The notes beneath the pieces are model-generated. The model had not been told where the DNA came from, did not search any database, and was given only the letters and a program-made list of their open reading frames with translations. Source: Bacteroidota bacterium (GTDB taxonomy: Bacteria; Bacteroidota; Bacteroidia; AKYH767-A; OLB10). Taken from it: a stretch of 64,000 bases of DNA. The stretch lies in assembly GCA_024643795.1 (NCBI GenBank), contig JAHEMF010000006.1:22112-86111 (forward strand), read 5' to 3'. Positions 8,501-19,419 of the stretch are shown here, in pieces; position 1 is the stretch's first letter, and every line of letters begins with the position of its first letter. Both the position numbers and the translations under genes were made by a program.

Positions 8501-10627
8501 TTAGTTTGATGCGGTTTTAACGTTTGCTTTTATATCTGTTCCTAATCGCTGTAAATAGGCAATGAGTGCAACTATTTCACGGTCGCTCATCACTTCAATA
8601 CCATCGCCGGCAAGGTTAGCGGCTATCTTTTCAGCCTGAGCTTTAAGATCATCCACCGCCTTTTGGTCATAACCCTCAGGATACGGAACACCTAAGGTTT
8701 GCATAGCTCGTATCTTGCCCGGAGTATTACTTATATCAAGTGCATCATCAATGAGCCATGGGTAAGCAGGCATAATAGATCCCGGCGACATGGTGGTTGG
8801 GTCTTCCATATGATTGAAGTGCCATGAGTCAGGATATTTTCCTCCAACCCGGTGAAGATCCGGACCGGTACGTTTTGAACCCCACTGGAACGGGTGGTCA
8901 TATACAAATTCTCCGGCCTTTGAATATTCTCCATACCTCTCAGTCTCACTTCTGAAAGGACGTATCATCTGTGAATGACAGGTATAACAACCTTCTCTCA
9001 CATATATATCGCGACCTTCTAGCTCTAACGGAGTATAAGGCTTTACACTTGATATGGTTGGGATATTTGATTTGATAAGGAATGTGGGAACCAGCTCCAC
9101 AACACCTCCGATAAGGATCACGATCAGGCTTCCAACCAACATCTGTACAGGACGACGTTCCAATTTCCTGTGCCACCCTTCACCGGGGTTATGTATTGCA
9201 ACCGGCATAGCAGGTGCTTCAGCAGCCTCGTCAGCAACAAGTTGTCCTGATTTTACAGTCTTTATAAGGTTGTAAACCATCACAATAACACCTGTCAGAT
9301 ACAAGACGCCTCCCAGCACACGTAATTTATACATTGGCAGGATCTGGGTCACAGTCTCCAAAAAGTTAGGGTAACGCAGGAATCCGTCTTCGGTGAATTC
9401 TTTCCACATCAAACTCTGGGTAAAACCGGCCCAATACATAGGAATTGCATAGAATAATATTCCCAGTGTACCTATCCAGAAATGGAAACTGGCAAGCTTT
9501 TGTGAGTGAAGCTGAGTGTTGAATATTCTTGGTAACAGCCAGTATAGCATACCAAAAGTCAGGAACCCATTCCATCCCAGAGCACCAACGTGAACGTGTG
9601 CAATGGTCCAGTCGGTAAAGTGACTGATAGCATTTACATTTTTCAACGAAAGCATCGGACCTTCAAATGTGGCCATACCGTATGCTGTTACGGCAACCAC
9701 CAGAAACTTCAAAACAATACTATCACGCACCCGATCCCACGCACCGCGTAAGGTCAGTAGTCCGTTTATCATACCTCCCCATGATGGAGCTATAAGCATT
9801 ATAGAAAATACAACACCTAAACTCTGTGCCCAGTCGGGCAGTGAAGTATATAACAGATGGTGTGGTCCTGCCCATATATAAATAAATATAAGTGCCCAGA
9901 AGTGAATGATAGAAAGGCGGTACGAATACACTGGCCTGTTAGCAGCTTTAGGAACAAAGTAATACATAAGTCCCAGGTAAGGCGTTGTAAGAAAGAAAGC
10001 AACGGCATTATGTCCGTACCACCACTGCACCAACGCATCCTGCACCCCGGCATATACCGGATAGCTCTTGAATAAAGAAACCGGAAGTTCAACAGAGTTC
10101 ACAATGTGCAGTACCGCCACGGTAACAAACGTTGCAATGTAGAACCAAATGGCAACATACAGGTGCTTCTCGCGGCGACGTAAAATGGTGCCGAACATGT
10201 TTATACCAAAAACAACCCATATCAGCGCAACCGCTATATCAATAGGCCACTCCAGTTCAGCATATTCTTTACTGGTGGTTATACCAAGCGGAAGCGTCAC
10301 TGCTGCTGCAACTATTATCAGCTGCCATCCCCAAAAGTTTATACTGCTCAGTGTGTCACTGAACATCCTTGCTTTACAAAGTCGCTGTAACGAATAATAT
10401 AATCCGGTAAAAATGCCGTTACCTACAAAGGCAAATATCACCGCATTGGTATGCAATGGCCTTATTCGTCCAAAGCTAGTGTAGGCAAGATCAAGGTTGA
10501 ACACCGGCCATACAAGCTGAAGTGCCGCCAAAAGTCCAACCGTCATTCCCACTACTCCCCAAAGGATCGTAGCATAGGCAAAATTTTTAACGATCTTGTT
10601 GTCATAATAAAACTTTTCCAGTTCCAT
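8501..10627 (-). CDS. ccoNO: cbb3-type cytochrome c oxidase, fused subunits I+II (CcoNO)
   Basis: A 12-TM haem-copper oxidase core with His ligands, followed by a CcoO domain with CYTCHSQ. The 708 aa fused form is typical of Bacteroidota. Confidence 0.9.
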   Translation of the reverse strand: MELEKFYYDNKIVKNFAYATILWGVVGMTVGLLAALQLVWPVFNLDLAYTSFGRIRPLHTNAVIFAFVGNGIFTGLYYSLQRLCKARMFSDTLSSINFWGWQLIIVAAAVTLPLGITTSKEYAELEWPIDIAVALIWVVFGINMFGTILRRREKHLYVAIWFYIATFVTVAVLHIVNSVELPVSLFKSYPVYAGVQDALVQWWYGHNAVAFFLTTPYLGLMYYFVPKAANRPVYSYRLSIIHFWALIFIYIWAGPHHLLYTSLPDWAQSLGVVFSIMLIAPSWGGMINGLLTLRGAWDRVRDSIVLKFLVVAVTAYGMATFEGPMLSLKNVNAISHFTDWTIAHVHVGALGWNGFLTFGMLYWLLPRIFNTQLHSQKLASFHFWIGTLGILFYAIPMYWAGFTQSLMWKEFTEDGFLRYPNFLETVTQILPMYKLRVLGGVLYLTGVIVMVYNLIKTVKSGQLVADEAAEAPAMPVAIHNPGEGWHRKLERRPVQMLVGSLIVILIGGVVELVPTFLIKSNIPTISSVKPYTPLELEGRDIYVREGCYTCHSQMIRPFRSETERYGEYSKAGEFVYDHPFQWGSKRTGPDLHRVGGKYPDSWHFNHMEDPTTMSPGSIMPAYPWLIDDALDISNTPGKIRAMQTLGVPYPEGYDQKAVDDLKAQAEKIAANLAGDGIEVMSDREIVALIAYLQRLGTDIKANVKTASN

Positions 10628-10633
10628 AGGTTC

Positions 10634-10798
10634 TTATTGATTGTTATCGTTTTTGGATTTATTATCGTCGAAAAGCATGCGCACCGAAGGGGTATACTCA
10701 TCCTCGTACTGGCCTCGTTTCACCGACCAGATAAAGGCTACCAGGAAAAAACAGGCAACTAACAAACTGATTATCACCAGAAGAAAGAGTGCGCTCAT
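10634..10798 (-). CDS. ccoS: cbb3 oxidase maturation protein CcoS (54 aa; not in the supplied ORF track)
   Basis: My own translation of the minus strand gives MSALFLLVIISLLVACFFLVAFIWSVKRGQYEDEYTPSVRMLFDDNKSKNDNNQ*. This is a single TM followed by the …SGQFDD…P…R-like tail characteristic of CcoS. It ends 7 nt upstream of the ccoNO start. Confidence 0.75.
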   Translation of the reverse strand: MSALFLLVIISLLVACFFLVAFIWSVKRGQYEDEYTPSVRMLFDDNKSKNDNNQ

Positions 10799-10815
10799 AG
10801 CTGAATTAAAGGTAC

Positions 10816-10840
10816 CAAATTTACCCGCACTACCAAATGG
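10816..10840 (-). promoter_or_regulatory. Candidate Bacteroidota sigma-A promoter for ccoS-ccoNO
   Basis: The minus strand reads TAAATTTG (a TAnnTTTG -7 element) about 22 nt upstream of the ccoS ATG. A TTTG (-33-like) lies about 19 nt further upstream. Confidence 0.3.
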
Positions 10841-10860
10841 GGCGTATGATAAGCATCACA

Positions 10861-11030
10861 CCAATAACTGACTTTTGTCAGGCTCCGGTATTTGGGCGTT
10901 CCCCCGCCTTCCGCCACACGGATAGGCAGCTGCAGGTTAAGAGGGTCCTATCCGCCGAAATCCTTACGACGAAGGCGGGGTCGGGCTATCGTGCGCCGGA
11001 GGCTGCACTCTATCCCTAACGCGGGGCAGA
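10861..11030. other. GC-rich (about 60%) highly structured element between ccoI and ccoS; candidate small RNA or cis-regulatory element
   Basis: There is a perfect 10-bp inverted repeat CCCCGCCTTC…GAAGGCGGGG. It encloses a 7-bp stem GGATAGG…CCTATCC with a CAGCTGCAG core. A further stem GTGC…GCAC lies downstream. GC content contrasts sharply with the AT-rich flanks. No ORF is present. Confidence 0.3.
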
Positions 11031-11070
11031 GATCAGATATCAGAAATCAGATATCGGATATCAGAAATAG
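11031..11070. repeat. Short tandem repeat (AGATATCAGAAATC / AGATATCGGATATCAGAAATAG)
   Basis: Direct repeats of GATATCAGAAAT are visible in the sequence. Confidence 0.5.
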
Positions 11071-11164
11071 TCCAGGCATAACATTTACCTATTATTCACT
11101 GAATACCCTCCAGAACTTCGTTTATTAAATAATTGAATAATTAAATAATCAGATGTATCAATTT

Positions 11165-11202
11165 GCACTAACACATTAGCACATTATTTAATTAGCACAT
11201 TA
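11165..11202. repeat. Three imperfect direct copies of (T)TAGCACATTA immediately 3' of ccoI
   Basis: gcactaacacatta / ttagcacatta / ttagcacatta, read directly from the sequence. Confidence 0.45.
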
Positions 11203-11208
11203 GAAAAT

Positions 11209-13620
11209 TCATTTTTTAAAAACAACCTTCCCCATCAGTGCGCTCCCTGCCGTTGCAAGTGTAATAATAGTGATGGTACTCAAAGGCATGATAATGGCAG
11301 CAACAAGTGGCGAAAGCATCCCTTGCACGGCAAACCACAACCCTGCAACATTGTATAATAGTGAGATCAAGTAGCTGAAGTAAACAACACCCATTGAAGC
11401 CTTGCTGTATCGCATAAGCTGAGGTATTAATTTAAAGGCCTGTGCATCCATGATGATATCACTGGCCGGCGAAAAGTTGTTCGTGTCGTCCGATATGGCA
11501 ATGCCGGTATCACTTTGCTTCAATGCACCGGCATCATTCAGCCCGTCACCGATCATCAGTACCTGCTTGCCCCCCTTTTGAAGCTCCTTTACACGATCAA
11601 GCTTATCGGCAGGAGACTGGTTGTAACGTTGGTCATTGAACAATGTAGCGAAAGTGGTTCGTTCCGCGTCATGATCTCCTGACAACAACTCGGTTGAATA
11701 ATGCTGTGATAAACTACCCGTCACTTCTTTCAATCCTTCGCGATATGCTGACTCGATTTCGAAATACCCTTTTGGTTCATCATCAAAAGTTATGCAAACT
11801 ACTGAATGATTTTTTTCTGAATTTGAAATGTTCATTCCTGTAAATGCAGGAGAACCAATTTTAACTTTTACTCCTTCAGTTACTGCTTCAACTCCTTGTC
11901 CGGCTGTTTCCCTGAAATCTGATAAGGTTATCCTGGGTACGGTGCCAAACTGTTGCGAAATGATCTTGCTCAACGGGTGCAATGAAGCAGCAGTCAAATT
12001 TGCAACATAAACTTTTTCTGCGCCACTAAGGTCCTTTCCGTTGTATACACATAGTTTTGATCTGCCACGGGTGAGTGTTCCAGTTTTATCAAAAATAATG
12101 TGGGTTATTCTGGAAAGCTGTTCTATTACCACGGTGTTCTTGAGATAGAATTTCTTTTTGCCAAGTATCCGCATCGCATTACCAAGTGTAAAAGGGTAGG
12201 AGAGCGACAAGGCACAGGGGCAGGTGATAATGAGTACTGCAGTGAACACCTGAAATGCCATGCGCGATGATCCGTTGAAATAATGATAGATGAAAGCTGT
12301 GAAGGCTATCAGCAATACCACAGTTGTAAAATATTTACTGAGTGTGTTTACTACAGTAGAAACATGTTTGTTATCAGGTTCAGAATAGTTGTGCTCATTC
12401 CATAATTGTGTTAAACGGCTTTGTGATACTTTTTTCAAAACCTCCAGTTCTATGGGAGAACCGGTTTGCTTTCCTCCTGCGAATATCTTATCACCTGTAA
12501 CTTTTTCCACCGGGTTGTTTTCTCCCGTCACAAAACTGTAGTCAATACTTCCTTTTCCATTGGTAATAACACTATCAACCGGTATAAGCTCTTCATTATG
12601 TATCACTATCCTGTCGCCGGGCTTGAGTTCACTCACCGGACAGGTGGTTTCTTTTTCCTGCGTTATTATGGTAACTGCCACCGGAAAGTACGACCGGTAG
12701 TCGCGGTCAAATGAAAGTCGCTGATACGTTTTGTCCTGAAATACCCTTCCCGTAAGCATAAAAAATACCAGTCCCGCAAAAGTGTCCATATAACCCGGCC
12801 CCGTTCCACTGATTATCTCATAAAGACTTTGTGAATACATTACAATTATTCCCAGTGAGATGGGTACATCCATATTCAGCCCCTTGTGTTTTATTCCATT
12901 CCAGGCTGATCTGAAAAAATCAGTGTCTGCATAAAGCAATACCGGCAATGATAGGATGATACTAAGTATTCCGAAAAGTTCCCTGAATCCATTTTCATCG
13001 GTTATGGTAAGTCCGAAGTATTCCGGAAAGCTCAATAGCATGATGTTGCCAAAACAAAAAAATGCCACACCCATTTTGTAGTATGTGCGTTTATTGGAGG
13101 TTACTTTTTTTGCCGACTCAACACTGTCAAGGTTAATCACAGGTTCGTATCCCAAGCGGGCGAGTATTTCCACTACTTTACGCAAAGTGGTCTTGCCTGT
13201 GCTGAAACTGAGTGATATCTCACGCTTCAAAAAATTGACCCTCGATTGGGTTATGGCAGGGTCTATCCTGTAAAGCTGTTCAAGCAACCAGATGCATGAA
13301 CTGCAATGAATATTAGGAATATATAAGGTGAGGTTTGTAATGTTGTCATCAGTGAAATCGATCAACCGTGAAACAACAGTTTCATTATCGAGGTAAGCGT
13401 ATTTTTCTACATTTAATTTCTTATCACTGCTGGTACCCGGTGCCAGGTTCATAGTGTAGTAATCGCAAAGTCCGTTCTCCTCCAATACCTGATATACAGT
13501 TTTGCATCCTTCGCAACAAAAGATCTTTTCATCAAGAGCGATGGAGATGTTCTTACATGCATCACCACAATGAAAACATGCAATTTTTTTTCGGTTTTCT
13601 GTCTTCAAGCCATCATTCAT
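11209..13620 (-). CDS. ccoI: Copper-translocating P1B-type ATPase (CcoI/FixI-type)
   Basis: Has N-terminal CFHCGDAC and CCEGCK metal-binding motifs, a CPC transmembrane motif (ITCPCALS), the DKTGTLT phosphorylation site and the GDGLNDAGAL hinge. Confidence 0.9.
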   Translation of the reverse strand: MNDGLKTENRKKIACFHCGDACKNISIALDEKIFCCEGCKTVYQVLEENGLCDYYTMNLAPGTSSDKKLNVEKYAYLDNETVVSRLIDFTDDNITNLTLYIPNIHCSSCIWLLEQLYRIDPAITQSRVNFLKREISLSFSTGKTTLRKVVEILARLGYEPVINLDSVESAKKVTSNKRTYYKMGVAFFCFGNIMLLSFPEYFGLTITDENGFRELFGILSIILSLPVLLYADTDFFRSAWNGIKHKGLNMDVPISLGIIVMYSQSLYEIISGTGPGYMDTFAGLVFFMLTGRVFQDKTYQRLSFDRDYRSYFPVAVTIITQEKETTCPVSELKPGDRIVIHNEELIPVDSVITNGKGSIDYSFVTGENNPVEKVTGDKIFAGGKQTGSPIELEVLKKVSQSRLTQLWNEHNYSEPDNKHVSTVVNTLSKYFTTVVLLIAFTAFIYHYFNGSSRMAFQVFTAVLIITCPCALSLSYPFTLGNAMRILGKKKFYLKNTVVIEQLSRITHIIFDKTGTLTRGRSKLCVYNGKDLSGAEKVYVANLTAASLHPLSKIISQQFGTVPRITLSDFRETAGQGVEAVTEGVKVKIGSPAFTGMNISNSEKNHSVVCITFDDEPKGYFEIESAYREGLKEVTGSLSQHYSTELLSGDHDAERTTFATLFNDQRYNQSPADKLDRVKELQKGGKQVLMIGDGLNDAGALKQSDTGIAISDDTNNFSPASDIIMDAQAFKLIPQLMRYSKASMGVVYFSYLISLLYNVAGLWFAVQGMLSPLVAAIIMPLSTITIITLATAGSALMGKVVFKK

Positions 13621-13687
13621 CAGGTTTCAAAAGTACGACCCGTGAGCATAAATTAAAGCTGATAGATGTTAGATTTTGTTAAATCAG

Positions 13688-15607
13688 TCAGTGATTCGAC
13701 TGATCCAGGGCCACGGCACCACCCGTATACAGTTGTTTGCGGTATTTTTTTGAGGGCGACTCAATAAATGGCCCAAGGCCCAGTTTGTCCCATATCTCAT
13801 CGATCCGTGAAATGGTCTGCTGGTCTGATGCAAGTATGTTAGGCCAGTCTCTCGTGAAGCCGTCGAATTCTTTGTTTTTACGTGTGCCGTCAAATACCAC
13901 ATGGCCTGACTCACCATCTCTGGCAGGTTCAATTATAAAATGATCGCGTTTGGGATCAACGTTATTGGCAAACCGCCATACAGCATCCGCAAGATCACTA
14001 ACATCAAGTGTGTGTTCCAGAAAAATCAAAACCTTCACATCTGAAAAAGATTCCAGTTCAAATAATTTGGGCGCGATCTCCTTAATGTGACCTTTTTTGT
14101 TTTTTTCGATAGATATAAACACTATGGAGATGTTTCTCTGCATCAAAGTGTTATTTATTCCTCTGATCTCAGGGAATTTTTCTATTACTCCGGTAATTTC
14201 TGTTGATGTACCATGTTGTGTGGAAAGCGATGCTCTTCCTGCCAGTTCTTCCGGTAATTTTTTCGTTGCATCAATTCCCAGTTTACCTCCGAATGCCATG
14301 GTAGAACAGGAATGATCCAGCACATCGGTAGGACCCTGAGTGAATACCAGGTCATTCAACGGATCTGTATTCTCTGAAATATATTGTGCCACTTCCAGGT
14401 TATTATGAATATCAACTTCACCATCCACAACTATCATCATTTTGGTGAACATCATCTGACCGGCACCCCACAATGAGTTCATCACCTTGAGTGCCTGTCC
14501 GGGATAATCTTTTTTGATCTTTACAATACACAGGTTATGAAACACTCCTTCAACCGGCAACACCATGTCAACGATCTCCGGTACCATGGTCATCTTTATA
14601 GGTGCTAAGAATATTCGTTCGGTTGCTTTTCCTATCCATGCATCTTCCTGTGGGGGTATGCCTACAATGGTTGCAGGGTAAATGGCATCTTTCCTGTGTG
14701 TGATGGCCGTTATATGAAATTTTGGATAATAATCAGCGAGTGAATAGTACCCGGTATGATCTCCGAAAGGCCCTTCAAGAATGAACTCTTCTTGCGGGTC
14801 AATGTATCCTTCAATAATGATATCCGCATCAGCCGGAACATACATATCCTGTGTTAAACACTTAACCAGCTCAACCCTTTTCTTACGGATAAAACCTGCC
14901 AGCATAAATTCATCAACACCGTCGGGTAATGGTGCCGTTGCTGAATATGCGTATGACGGATCGCCTCCTAATGAAACAACCACGGGCATTCGTTTTCCCA
15001 GCTTTTTATACTCGTTAAAATGACGGGCCGATACTTTGTGCCGGTGCCAGTGCATAGCAGTAAGTTTAGGTCCGAATACCTGCATCCTGTATAATCCAAC
15101 ATTTCGTTGTCCTGTGTTCGGGTCTTTGGTTTGTATTACAGGAAGAGTTAAAAATGGTCCGCCATCTTCGGGCCAGCACTTCAATATCGGAAACCTGGTG
15201 ATGTCCGGATCCTTCATAACTACTTCCTGACAGGCACCTTTCCCTGAAATGGTTTTCGGCATCCAGGAGGCTACTTCACCAAGTTGAGGAAGCAACTTCA
15301 GTTTATCAATAAAAGAATTTTTGGGCGATGTAAAAGTTTGAAATAATTGTTCAATCTGTCCCGCAAGGTCATCCAGTTTCTCTACTCCCAGTGCCATGGC
15401 CATCCTCTTCTCTGTGCCCATGGAATTAATGAGCAATGGAAACTCCTTGCCGGTGTTCTCGAATAGCAGAGCAGGGCCATATTGTTTTGAAATTCTGTCA
15501 GTGATCTCAGTGATCTCCAGTTCAGGATTTACATATTCCTTTATCCTGACAAGTTCTCCTGCCCGTTCAAGTACTTCAATGAAATGATTTTGATCTTTGT
15601 AAGCCAC
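13688..15607 (-). CDS. UbiD-family (prenylated-FMN dependent) decarboxylase
   Basis: Has the EGPFGDHTGYY motif and overall UbiD-like architecture. At 639 aa it is longer than classic UbiD. Confidence 0.75.
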   Translation of the reverse strand: MAYKDQNHFIEVLERAGELVRIKEYVNPELEITEITDRISKQYGPALLFENTGKEFPLLINSMGTEKRMAMALGVEKLDDLAGQIEQLFQTFTSPKNSFIDKLKLLPQLGEVASWMPKTISGKGACQEVVMKDPDITRFPILKCWPEDGGPFLTLPVIQTKDPNTGQRNVGLYRMQVFGPKLTAMHWHRHKVSARHFNEYKKLGKRMPVVVSLGGDPSYAYSATAPLPDGVDEFMLAGFIRKKRVELVKCLTQDMYVPADADIIIEGYIDPQEEFILEGPFGDHTGYYSLADYYPKFHITAITHRKDAIYPATIVGIPPQEDAWIGKATERIFLAPIKMTMVPEIVDMVLPVEGVFHNLCIVKIKKDYPGQALKVMNSLWGAGQMMFTKMMIVVDGEVDIHNNLEVAQYISENTDPLNDLVFTQGPTDVLDHSCSTMAFGGKLGIDATKKLPEELAGRASLSTQHGTSTEITGVIEKFPEIRGINNTLMQRNISIVFISIEKNKKGHIKEIAPKLFELESFSDVKVLIFLEHTLDVSDLADAVWRFANNVDPKRDHFIIEPARDGESGHVVFDGTRKNKEFDGFTRDWPNILASDQQTISRIDEIWDKLGLGPFIESPSKKYRKQLYTGGAVALDQSNH

Positions 15608-15716
15608 TGGATTAAAGTTAGAAAATTATAACAACCGGATGTCCAGATTCGTTTTGATGTGTCCGGTATTAATTTGTACAGCAAATAAAAAGGGATCTTA
15701 ACAGACCCCTTTATGC

Positions 15717-17030
15717 TTAAGCTTCAACCTGATTTTGGATCTTGTTTTTGATCCACTCAGTGGTTACAGAGCCCGGTCGTTCAATAGGCACTCCCAGTGC
15801 ACGATCCCACAACAGCGAAGTAAGTACGCCAATGGCACGTGATACACCGAACAATACAGTGTAAAAGTCATACTCTACCAACCCATAATGGATCAATAGT
15901 ATTCCTGAGTGAGCATCTACATTAGGCCATGGGTTCTTAACCTTGCCTGTTGCTTTTAACATCTCCGGCGTTACCTCATACAGCAATTGAACGATCTTGA
16001 ATAGTTCATCATCAGCCATGTTGGCTTTTGCAAATTCCTGCTGGGCAATGTATCGCGGATCTGTTTTTCTGAGCACGGCGTGTCCGTAACCGGGTATCAC
16101 ACGCCCTTCGGCAAGTGTTTCTTTGATGTATGATTCTATCTGTTCTTTGGTTGGTACACCACCGAATTTTTCTCTCAGATCAAGGATCCATCTTGCTACT
16201 TCCTGAGCAGCCAGTCCGTGAAGAGGACCTGCAAGGCCGTTCATGCCGGCAGCAAGTGAAAGATAAGGATCAGATAATGCTGAGCCTACCAGGTGAGTTG
16301 TATGTGCTGAAACATTACCACCTTCATGGTCTACGTGAATGCTTAAATACAAACGCATAAGCTTCCTGAAGTCAAGATCTTCAAACCCTAACATATGAGC
16401 AAAGTTGCCTGCCCAGTCCAGCTTTGGATTTGGTTCTATATGAACACTGTCTTTATAAGTCTTTCTGTAAATGTATGCGGCAATCCGGGGAAGCCTTGCG
16501 ATAAGATTCATGATATCCTCGTACATCGGATCCCAGTATTCTTTTTTATGGATGCCTTCCCTGTAACGTTGTGTAAATACTGACTCAGTCTGCAACGCCA
16601 TGATGGCCATGCTGAACTGGGTCATAGGATGAGTTTTGGGTGGTAACATATCCAGCATGTCAAACACATGTTTAGGTACGTTGGCACGCTTCATCCACTC
16701 ATTGTTCACATGAACAACATCTTCCATGGTTGGAATTTCACCTGTTAACAACAGATAAAACATACCTTCAGGTAATGGTTCAGGTCCTTCTTTAGAGGTA
16801 GGCAGTTTTTGACGTATCTCCGGAATGGAATAACCTCTGAATCTTATCCCTTCTTCAGGATCCAGCTTGGAGGTTTCTGTTACCATTCCTATCATACCCT
16901 TCATGCCGGAATAAACCTGCTCAACAGTATACTGACCCAGAACAAAATTACCATGTTCTTTCACCAACGACTTTATCTCACCTGTCAGGGGGAGTGCCTT
17001 TTCCGCGAATTTTTCTTTAAGACTATCCAT
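15717..17030 (-). CDS. gltA: Citrate synthase
   Basis: A 437 aa protein with the HEGGNVSAHTTHLVGSALSDPY active-site region. Confidence 0.9.
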   Translation of the reverse strand: MDSLKEKFAEKALPLTGEIKSLVKEHGNFVLGQYTVEQVYSGMKGMIGMVTETSKLDPEEGIRFRGYSIPEIRQKLPTSKEGPEPLPEGMFYLLLTGEIPTMEDVVHVNNEWMKRANVPKHVFDMLDMLPPKTHPMTQFSMAIMALQTESVFTQRYREGIHKKEYWDPMYEDIMNLIARLPRIAAYIYRKTYKDSVHIEPNPKLDWAGNFAHMLGFEDLDFRKLMRLYLSIHVDHEGGNVSAHTTHLVGSALSDPYLSLAAGMNGLAGPLHGLAAQEVARWILDLREKFGGVPTKEQIESYIKETLAEGRVIPGYGHAVLRKTDPRYIAQQEFAKANMADDELFKIVQLLYEVTPEMLKATGKVKNPWPNVDAHSGILLIHYGLVEYDFYTVLFGVSRAIGVLTSLLWDRALGVPIERPGSVTTEWIKNKIQNQVEA

Positions 17031-17158
17031 AATGTTATAAAAAGTTGCCTGTTATCTTATTGCTATGGTTTGGTTCCAATGCATGTAGTGCGAATTTATA
17101 AATCTTGAGGCTCAGGTGCAAACATGCATGTAAGGAATTTTGTTTTGCCATTAACCTC

Positions 17159-17494
17159 TTAGTAATCAGCCGAACGGGTGCTTTTCTTCTGTTTTTGTTT
17201 GAATTTCTTATCACTGATGTCCAATTGAACTATCATAATGATAAGGCTGATCACAAATCCGGCTATTATTAATATCCAAAAGGCCTTTTCAGCATACTTC
17301 TTGACCTTCTTCTTTTGGTTGGGCTTTTTCTTGATCCTTACCCTTTTCCTCACCTTTATTCGTCTGCGTACCCGGGGAGGTCCATCACTATTGGACCCTT
17401 CCTTTTTTATTTCCTGGTAATGCCCCGGATCACCACCTTTTGGTGTAAGGTCTGATGATTGATCATCTTTTGACATCGATTCCTCAGGTTCCAT
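17159..17494 (-). CDS. Hypothetical Lys/Arg-rich protein with a C-terminal TM segment
   Basis: An ORF with a KKKPNQKKKVKK basic stretch followed by a hydrophobic helix. No recognisable domain. Confidence 0.35.
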   Translation of the reverse strand: MEPEESMSKDDQSSDLTPKGGDPGHYQEIKKEGSNSDGPPRVRRRIKVRKRVRIKKKPNQKKKVKKYAEKAFWILIIAGFVISLIIMIVQLDISDKKFKQKQKKSTRSADY

Positions 17495-17521
17495 GCTTTC
17501 TTGGTTTCTAGCTCCGGCTTA

Positions 17522-18817
<1,296 letters not shown>

Positions 18818-18952
18818 TTATTGAAAGTCAGTTTGTTATAAATAAAGGATTTTCCTGCTGCAAAGTTAAGATATTCAATGCCATTGCACTACTTAAAGCT
18901 CATAAAATATTCATTTTCAATAACTATTTTTGTATCTCAGCGTAAATAAAAC

Positions 18953-19369
18953 ATGCTTTTGAAACTGATACATAGCAAAGCTCTCTTATTCATTCTGTTG
19001 GGGTCTATGATCTTGTCTACCACAGGAGTAGCTTCTGTTTCTCATGTATGCCTCATGAAAATGAATTCCGGCTCAGGTAGTTCTTGTGAAATGCCTGCCA
19101 ATTGTTGTAATAAGCAGCAAAAGCATGATGATGGCAAAGGGTGCTGCTCAAATGATATTGTGTATTTCCGCGCCGACCTTGATCCTGCGATCAATGTTAG
19201 TGATACAGATAATCTGATCAATGCCAGTATCACTTTTTGCACTGTAAATACATCATTTTTAAAAACTTCTGTTGATGAAACTAACTTAATTCATTGTTCT
19301 TCAGAAGTAAGAATTCCATTCCCCCGGTCTGTAGATTATCAGGCATTCATTATGACTTTTCTTATCTGA
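18953..19369 (+). CDS. Small secreted Cys-rich protein (SHVC…CEMPANCC…GCCSND…PFP), encoded just upstream of a TonB-dependent receptor
   Basis: Has a signal peptide and HxC / CC / CC / PFP motifs. It resembles the small Cys-rich proteins often found beside TBDR genes in Bacteroidota. Confidence 0.5.
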   Translation: MLLKLIHSKALLFILLGSMILSTTGVASVSHVCLMKMNSGSGSSCEMPANCCNKQQKHDDGKGCCSNDIVYFRADLDPAINVSDTDNLINASITFCTVNTSFLKTSVDETNLIHCSSEVRIPFPRSVDYQAFIMTFLI

Positions 19370-19419
19370 GAACAGCGGTTCAAAACCGTGTTTTTTATTC
19401 TCAGTAAAAGAAATGATTA

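Noticed and set aside
8731-10397. Multiple 60-100-aa ORFs on both strands inside ccoNO
   Set aside because: They lie inside or antisense to a well-supported 708-aa haem-copper oxidase gene. None has independent signals.
10861-11030. GC-rich element as tRNA, tmRNA, RNase P or SRP RNA
   Set aside because: There is no GTTCGANTCC T-loop, no tmRNA 3' end, no RNase P P4 (AGGAAAGTCCGGGC) motif and no SRP domain IV motif. It is too short for RNase P. It is therefore reported only as an unexplained structured element.
11031-11070. Possible CRISPR array
   Set aside because: There are only two to three 12-nt repeat copies, with no spacers of regular length and no cas genes nearby.
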